Assembly: GCA_964650745.1 (NCBI GenBank)
Contig: CAZYUX010000002.1
Span: forward strand, 1-39,847
Source of the DNA: an uncultured Puniceicoccaceae bacterium
GTDB taxonomy: Bacteria; Verrucomicrobiota; Verrucomicrobiia; Opitutales; CAZYUX01
Reading direction: 5' to 3'
Length of the DNA stretch: 39,847 bases
This document shows, in pieces, positions 34,797-39,847 of the stretch. The position numbers were made by a program, and so were the translations under genes. The notes under the pieces are model-generated. The model saw only the letters and a program-made list of their open reading frames with translations. It ran no database searches and had not been told where the DNA came from. Every line of letters starts with the position of its first letter. Within the stretch, counting starts at the first letter, position 1.

Positions 34797-37160
34797 ATGA
34801 GCGTTAGAATCTACGACCTTTCCAAAAAGATCAAAAAGACGAACCAGGAGCTGATCCAACTCCTGCGGAAGCGCGGCTATGAAGTCAAAAGCGCCTCGAG
34901 CACAATTGACAACATCTCCGCGGATGCGCTGATTACAGAATTTGGAGGGAAAACCGAGGCGCCGCAGCCACCCCAACCTGAATCCGCTCCTCCCCAACCG
35001 GAAAAACCGGCCGAACCCGCGCCCGCCAAACGCCCCAAAGTATTCGCCCTGCCGCCGGGCGCCATTGTCAAAACCCCGGAGGAAGTCGCAAAAGAAAGAG
35101 AAGCCAAAGCCGAAGCCCAGCGCCGCCCCATAATTATGCCGGGCATGCCTCCAGCGCCGCCGCCGCCCAAACCGCCCCGCCCTCCGGCGCCACATCCGCC
35201 CAAAAAAGAAAAGCCTCCGCCACCGCCTCCGCCGCCGCCAGCGGAAGAACCGGAAGTCAAACTGCCGGAGCCCGGGGAAGACAAGCGCCCTCAGACTCCC
35301 GTGCTGCCGCGGCCGTCTCCGCCTCCGGTTCATCCCGCCGCCAGGCCCGCGGCGGAGAAACCGGAACCCGCCGGGCCGCCCCGGCCACTGCAAATAAAAC
35401 CCCCCATCGTGGTGCGCGACTTTGCCGCCCTTCTCGGCATGAAGCCCTTCCAGCTCATCTCCGAGCTGATGGAAATGAATATTTTCGCCTCGATGAACCA
35501 AGTCATCGAGGAGCCGGTGGCTTCCCGCATCGCGCAAAACCACGGCTGCCAACTCGAAGTCCGCCACAGGGGAGAGACCGCTCCGGAAAAGAAAAAAGAG
35601 CAAGAGAAACCGGCGGTGGACGAAAGCCGGCTGCTCGAACCCCGCCCCCCCGTCGTCTGCATCCTTGGCCACGTGGACCATGGGAAAACCACGCTGCTCG
35701 ACACTATCCGCAAAACCAATGTAGCCGAAGGGGAAGCCGGCGGCATCACCCAGCACATCGGCGCTTACCAAATCGAGCACAATGGCCAGGCCATTACATT
35801 CATTGACACCCCCGGCCACGCCGCCTTCGCCAACATGCGCGCCCGCGGCGCCCACCTTACCGACATCGCCGTGCTCGTGGTGGCGGCGGATGACGGGTTC
35901 ATGCCCCAAACGGACGAAGCCCTGCGCTTCATCCGCTCCGCCAAAGTGCCCGTCGTGGTGGCCATTAATAAAATTGACGCCAAAGGCGCCAATGTGGACC
36001 GGGTCAAACAACAGATGCAGGAACGCCAAATCGCCTCCGAAGACTGGGGCGGCGAAGTGCTGGCCGCGGCCATATCCGCCCTCAAAGACGAAAACATCAC
36101 CGGACTGCTCGACAACATCCTGCTCCAGGCCGAGATTATGGAAACCCTCAAAGCCAACCCCCACTGTCCGGCCGAAGGGGTGGTCATCGAGGCGCAAAAA
36201 GAAGCGGGGCGCGGCTCGACGGCCACCGTCATCGTCCAGAAAGGCACCCTCAAACCGGGTTCGGTCATTGTGTCGGGACAAGCCTGCTGCAAAGTGCGCG
36301 CCATTACCGCCCCTCAAGGGCAGACCGTTAAAACAGCCCGCCCGTCCTTCCCCGCCAAGCTGGCCGGCTGGTCCGAGCCGCCCGCGGCCGGAGCGCCTTT
36401 CCTCGCCTGCAAAAACGAAAAACAAGCCCGGCGGCTGGCTGATGAAGAAGCCCTGCGGCGCAAACGCGAAGGCCAAATCTCCGAAGAAAAAGAAGAACCC
36501 GCCGCCTCCGTGGAAACCCTCTTCGCCGCCATCGCCCGGAAGGAAGTGAAAGTCTTCCGCGTCGTCGTCAAATCCGACGTGTTTGGCACTGCCGAAGCCC
36601 TCGCCATCAGCCTCGAGCAAATTCAAAGCGAAAGAATCCAGATCGAAGTCGTCCACACAGGTGTCGGCATGATCACAAAAAACGATGTCCTGATGGCCGA
36701 TGCCGCCAGCGCCGCAATTGTCGGCTTCAACGTCGGCCTCGAGCCAGGTGTGCCCGCTTTCGCCAAGCACCACGGCATCACCATCTATCAAAACAACATC
36801 ATTTACGAGCTGATTGACACGGTCAAAGAAGCCATGGCGGACCAGCTCGAGCCGGAAGTGCGGGAAAACAAGCTCGGCGCGGCTGAAGTCCGCCAGGTCT
36901 TTCCCGTGGCGAAAGGCAACTTCGCCGCCGGCTGCATGGTCACCGAGGGCCGCATCCTGCGCGATGCCGCCGCCCGTCTGCGCCGCGGCGGCGAAGTCGT
37001 CCACGAAAGCAGAATCAGCGCTCTCAAGCGCTTCAAGGATGACGCCAGCGAGGTGCGGGCCGGCTACGAATGCGGCGTCGTTCTCGAGGGCGCCGGCACT
37101 TACCGGGAAGGCGACACCATCGAGTGCTTCGAAATCGCCAAACTTAAACCCAAACTGTAA
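34797..37160 (+). CDS. infB: translation initiation factor IF-2
   Basis: [20 protein letters not shown] and NKIDA. The N-terminal linker is Pro-rich. It lies directly downstream of nusA. Confidence 0.95.
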   Translation: MSVRIYDLSKKIKKTNQELIQLLRKRGYEVKSASSTIDNISADALITEFGGKTEAPQPPQPESAPPQPEKPAEPAPAKRPKVFALPPGAIVKTPEEVAKEREAKAEAQRRPIIMPGMPPAPPPPKPPRPPAPHPPKKEKPPPPPPPPPAEEPEVKLPEPGEDKRPQTPVLPRPSPPPVHPAARPAAEKPEPAGPPRPLQIKPPIVVRDFAALLGMKPFQLISELMEMNIFASMNQVIEEPVASRIAQNHGCQLEVRHRGETAPEKKKEQEKPAVDESRLLEPRPPVVCILGHVDHGKTTLLDTIRKTNVAEGEAGGITQHIGAYQIEHNGQAITFIDTPGHAAFANMRARGAHLTDIAVLVVAADDGFMPQTDEALRFIRSAKVPVVVAINKIDAKGANVDRVKQQMQERQIASEDWGGEVLAAAISALKDENITGLLDNILLQAEIMETLKANPHCPAEGVVIEAQKEAGRGSTATVIVQKGTLKPGSVIVSGQACCKVRAITAPQGQTVKTARPSFPAKLAGWSEPPAAGAPFLACKNEKQARRLADEEALRRKREGQISEEKEEPAASVETLFAAIARKEVKVFRVVVKSDVFGTAEALAISLEQIQSERIQIEVVHTGVGMITKNDVLMADAASAAIVGFNVGLEPGVPAFAKHHGITIYQNNIIYELIDTVKEAMADQLEPEVRENKLGAAEVRQVFPVAKGNFAAGCMVTEGRILRDAAARLRRGGEVVHESRISALKRFKDDASEVRAGYECGVVLEGAGTYREGDTIECFEIAKLKPKL

Positions 37161-37182
37161 CCTGTCAGGGCCCCGGGCCGTG

Positions 37183-37201
37183 CCCGCGGCCTTCCCGCGG
37201 G
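37183..37201. terminator. GC hairpin between the convergent genes infB and mttB-like
   Basis: CCCGCGG-ccttc-CCGCGGG forms a 7-bp stem with a 5-nt loop. There is no clear U tract on either side. Confidence 0.35.
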
Positions 37202-37208
37202 AGGCTCC

Positions 37209-38639
37209 TTACTTCTGGAGGCGGGCGGCGGCGAGGATGCGGGTGACTTCTTGATCGAGGTCATCGGGCAGGAGCTTCTCCTCGTAGGTGTCCAGTAATT
37301 CGTCCACGCGGGCGGGCAGTTTCGAGGCGAGGTCCGGGCGCCCCGCATTCTCCCACGCGGGCCAAAAGGAACGGTCGAGCAATTGAGGCATCCAGAGCTC
37401 CTCGCGGAAGTGCTCGGCGGTGTGTGTGTGGTCAATGAACGTTCCGCCGGGGCTTACTTCGTCAATAACATCGAGGGCAAGTTTTTCGTCATTTACCGTG
37501 ATGCCGACCAAGATATGCTCGATGTATTCAATCACCTCATGCTGGAACACCAGCATCTCGAGGCTCGAAGCCTGGTCCACTCCGGCGATGCCCATGTGCC
37601 CGAAGATATCGGAGCCGGCCAAGGCGCCCATGAGGAGGGTTGCGGCAATCTCGAGGCCGGCCTGGGCGTCCGCGCCCTTGCTGTCGGTCAGACCGGTGTT
37701 GGTGTAAACAGGAAGCCCGTAATATTTGCCCATCTGGGTCATGGCCGCGGCCATCAGGCCCTGCTCCGGCCCGGCGAAAATCATCTGGGTGGTTCGCATG
37801 TCGAAGGCGTGGGGAATGCCGCCGAAACAGACCGGAGTGCCAGCGCGGATTAACTGGACGGCGCAGATTCCGGCAAGGATTTCCGCCGTTTCCTGGACCA
37901 CGGTTCCCGCCAGCGTGCCGGGGGCGCTCAAGCCCGTCTGGGCCATGGGGCCGATGGAGACCGGCAGCGGCGCCCGCGCGGTCTCGAAAAGCAAATCAAT
38001 CCCCCGTGTGTCGAACCGCAGCGGGCTGATCGGCTCAAGGAAGGGATAGGTGATGGGAAATTTGGCCAGGTCTTCCATGGAGCCGGCAGCGGCGCTGAAC
38101 ATTTCCATGAGGAACTTGGCGCTGGAACGGTCATAAAACCAGAACGTGAAGGGTTTGTCCGTGGCCCGCAGAAGCGCCGCCGCGACTTCGACGCAACGGC
38201 AAGCCGCATCCACCTCATGCGGGTCGGACATCGCGCCCACGATGTTCAACCGCGGCAGCACATCGCCCAGCTTGGCGGCGGCGGTGACGTCATCGAGGCA
38301 TGCAAACCGGCGCCGGCCGCCCCGCTCCAGCCAATGGGCCTCTCCGGCGATGGAGTTGTAGTTGCGCCGCCCCTGGCCGAAGGCGGCGGTCCGGTTGCGG
38401 TTCCGCCCGTGGAGCGTGTAAGATTTGCCCGCCTGCCCCAGGCACTCGTCAGCCAGCCGCGCGGAAATCCGCACCCGGCCCCGGGCCTCGTCCACCTTGG
38501 CTCCCGCTCTGGCGAACAGCCGCAGCATTTCCTCGTGGGGAACGAGCACCCCCGCGCGCTCCAAAACCGCTTTCGCCGCCCGGTCAATCCGGATAATTTC
38601 GTCCTGTGACAAAACGCCTATTCTCATGACAACATCCAT
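37209..38639 (-). CDS. MttB-superfamily (trimethylamine methyltransferase-like) protein, non-pyrrolysine type
   Basis: 476 uninterrupted codons with LSQDEIIRIDRAAKAVLERAGV at the N-terminus, plus GPMAQTGLSAPGTLAGT and MGKYYGLPVYTNTG...DAQAG. This fits the COG5598 fold family. There is no in-frame TAG. Confidence 0.85.
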   Translation of the reverse strand: MDVVMRIGVLSQDEIIRIDRAAKAVLERAGVLVPHEEMLRLFARAGAKVDEARGRVRISARLADECLGQAGKSYTLHGRNRNRTAAFGQGRRNYNSIAGEAHWLERGGRRRFACLDDVTAAAKLGDVLPRLNIVGAMSDPHEVDAACRCVEVAAALLRATDKPFTFWFYDRSSAKFLMEMFSAAAGSMEDLAKFPITYPFLEPISPLRFDTRGIDLLFETARAPLPVSIGPMAQTGLSAPGTLAGTVVQETAEILAGICAVQLIRAGTPVCFGGIPHAFDMRTTQMIFAGPEQGLMAAAMTQMGKYYGLPVYTNTGLTDSKGADAQAGLEIAATLLMGALAGSDIFGHMGIAGVDQASSLEMLVFQHEVIEYIEHILVGITVNDEKLALDVIDEVSPGGTFIDHTHTAEHFREELWMPQLLDRSFWPAWENAGRPDLASKLPARVDELLDTYEEKLLPDDLDQEVTRILAAARLQK

Positions 38640-38643
38640 TTAA

Positions 38644-38658
38644 GGAAGCTCTGAAAAA
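38644..38658 (+). repeat. IS5 left terminal inverted repeat
   Basis: GGAAGCTCTGAAAAA. Confidence 0.9.
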
Positions 38659-38694
38659 GGCCCGGAAGGGGCAATTGTTTTTTTTATTGGATAA

Positions 38695-38723
38695 TTGACA
38701 TAATATAGAATATGTAGTAATAT
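38695..38723 (+). promoter_or_regulatory. sigma70-type promoter of the IS5 transposase
   Basis: TTGACA (38695-38700), a 17-nt AT-rich spacer, then TAATAT (38718-38723), 7 nt before the transposase ATG. Confidence 0.55.
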
Positions 38724-38729
38724 AATATT

Positions 38730-39680
38730 ATGCAAACAAGCTTCCTCTCCCTCGCCACCCACCGCAAGCAACCGCGCGCCGAGCGCTTCCTGGACGAAAT
38801 GGACCAAGTCGTGCCCTGGAAGGAGCTCTGCGCCATCATCGCGCCGCATTACCGGCCGGGCAAGACGGGGCGCAAGCCCTACCCGCTGGAGATGATGCTG
38901 CGGGCGCACTGCCTGCAGCAGTGGTATGACTTGAGCGACCCGAGGGCCGAGCAAGAGATCGCGGACCGCATGAGCTTCCAGCGCTTCCTGAGGCTCGACC
39001 CCTTGTGCCAGCGCATCCCCGACGAGACGACGATCCTGAACTTCCGCCGGCTGCTGGAGGACAAACGCCTGGCCCCGGCGATCTTCGGGCGCGTCAACGC
39101 GCTCCTGGAGGACAGGGGGCTGATGATGAGGCAGGGCACGATCGTGGACGCCACGCTCGTCGCCGGCCCCGCCAGCACCAAGAACAAGAGCAAGGCGCGC
39201 GACCCCGAAATGAGCTCGACGAAGAAGGGTGAGAACTGGCACTTCGGCATCAAGGCGCACATCGGCGTGGACGCCCGTAGCGGCCTGGCGCACAGCGTCG
39301 AGGTCACCACGGCCAGCGTCCACGACCGCGAGGTCCTGGACAAGCTCCAGCACGGCCAGGAGCGGGCGCTCTTCGGCGACAAAGGCTATTACGACGAAAA
39401 GGCCAAGCGCAAAGCGCGCGCTGAAGGCGTCTTCTGGGGCGTGCTCGACAAGGCCAAACGCGGCCCGCGCGGGGCGCTTTCTCCCAAACAAAAGCGGCGC
39501 AACCGGCGCAAATCCTCGGTGCGGGCCAAAGTCGAGTTCCCCTTCCGCGTGATTAAACGCCAATGGGGCCACGTCAAAACCCGCTACCGCGGGCTGGCCA
39601 AGAACGCCGCGCAATTCATCACGCTCTTCGCCCTGTCCAACCTCTACATGGCGCGCAAAAAAATCCTTTGCCCGGCCTGA
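38730..39680 (+). CDS. IS5-family DDE transposase
   Basis: Near-colinear with E. coli IS5 InsH: RKPYPLEMMLRAHCLQQWYDLSD, IPDETTILNFRRLLE, GTIVDATLV..P.STKNK...RDPEM..TKKG..WHFG.KAHIGVD..SGL.HS, VEFPFRVIKRQWGHVKTRYRGLAKN. Confidence 0.95.
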   Translation: MQTSFLSLATHRKQPRAERFLDEMDQVVPWKELCAIIAPHYRPGKTGRKPYPLEMMLRAHCLQQWYDLSDPRAEQEIADRMSFQRFLRLDPLCQRIPDETTILNFRRLLEDKRLAPAIFGRVNALLEDRGLMMRQGTIVDATLVAGPASTKNKSKARDPEMSSTKKGENWHFGIKAHIGVDARSGLAHSVEVTTASVHDREVLDKLQHGQERALFGDKGYYDEKAKRKARAEGVFWGVLDKAKRGPRGALSPKQKRRNRRKSSVRAKVEFPFRVIKRQWGHVKTRYRGLAKNAAQFITLFALSNLYMARKKILCPA

Positions 39681-39831
39681 CCCGTGCCGCGCTATGGCCA
39701 CAAAGGCCACAAATGATAAAACACCATCAAATAAACATCCGGCATTGGCCTAAAAAACCGCTTCTCCTCCCGGTTTCCGCGCAACCTTGACAAAAACTCC
39801 GCCCCAAGGACAATCCCCCGCCACAGACTCT

Positions 39832-39846
39832 TTTTTCAGAGCTTCC
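39832..39846 (-). repeat. IS5 right terminal inverted repeat
   Basis: The plus strand reads TTTTTCAGAGCTTCC, the reverse complement of the left inverted repeat. Confidence 0.9.
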
Positions 39847-39847
39847 T

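Larger units (their letters stand above)
38644..39846 (+). mobile_element. IS5-family insertion sequence (IS5 group), apparently complete, 1203 bp
   Basis: 15-bp perfect terminal inverted repeats (GGAAGCTCTGAAAAA) at 38644-38658 and 39832-39846, starting with GGAAG as in E. coli IS5. There is a single DDE transposase ORF. The left flank is TTAA (38640-38643) and the right flank begins with T (39847), which is consistent with a YTAR target duplication. Confidence 0.9.

Noticed and set aside
35140-35400. A proline/lysine-rich repetitive stretch ([31 protein letters not shown]).
   Set aside because: It lies in frame within the variable N-terminal linker of IF-2, which is commonly low-complexity. 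It is not an independent repeat element.
34791-37004. A 737-aa ORF on the minus strand.
   Set aside because: It lies entirely antisense to infB, which has unmistakable IF-2 motifs. Its translation is low-complexity and G/A/R-rich. This is a typical high-GC antisense artefact.
37209-38639. An in-frame amber (pyrrolysine) codon in the MttB-family gene.
   Set aside because: The ORF is uninterrupted over 476 codons, so this is a non-Pyl family member.
38640-39710. A 356-aa ORF on the minus strand inside the IS.
   Set aside because: It is antisense to the IS5 transposase, which aligns nearly colinearly with E. coli InsH.
1-39847. A search by eye for CRISPR arrays, tRNA, rRNA, tmRNA and RNase P signatures.
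   Set aside because: I found no regularly spaced direct repeats apart from the coding HAF repeats. I also found no cloverleaf-like or conserved RNA motifs in the intergenic regions. A tRNAscan/Infernal run would be needed to be certain.

Overview
This is a high-GC bacterial chromosomal segment; hand counts of backbone lines give about 65-70% G+C. The gene content, including a PEP-CTERM/HAF-repeat protein, an S55 peptidase and DUF2851, suggests a Gram-negative of the PVC group (Verrucomicrobiota/Kiritimatiellota-like), but that is inference only. The backbone is housekeeping: rplU-rpmA, cysS, hpf, an RluA-type pseudouridine synthase, gatC, cca, leuA, purC, ndk, rtcB and nusA-infB. Accessory or unusual material lies between these genes. 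(1) A sharply low-GC cassette of three translationally coupled genes sits at about 29.8-31.5 kb, between rtcB and a YacP/Rae1-like NYN RNase gene: a TIGR04255-like protein plus two unknowns. This is the best candidate for an undescribed system. (2) A moderately lower-GC islet at about 20.1-21.9 kb carries a transposase fragment, an XRE regulator with two related palindromic operator-like sites, and a protein with six 46-aa HAF repeats and a PEP-CTERM signal. (3) A complete IS5-family element (15-bp inverted repeats, likely TTAA target) is inserted 4 nt upstream of the start codon of a non-pyrrolysine MttB-family methyltransferase. (4) There are decayed IS remnants: an ISL3 remnant at 8.9-9.3 kb and an rve-domain fragment right after purC. 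(5) A GT4 glycosyltransferase overlaps a GH13_18 sucrose-phosphorylase-like gene. (6) A DUF1854 gene is paired with an ABC exporter. (7) A Leu-rich mini-ORF lies upstream of leuA. I recognised no rRNA, tRNA or CRISPR array. Many long ORFs in the track are antisense artefacts of the high GC content.
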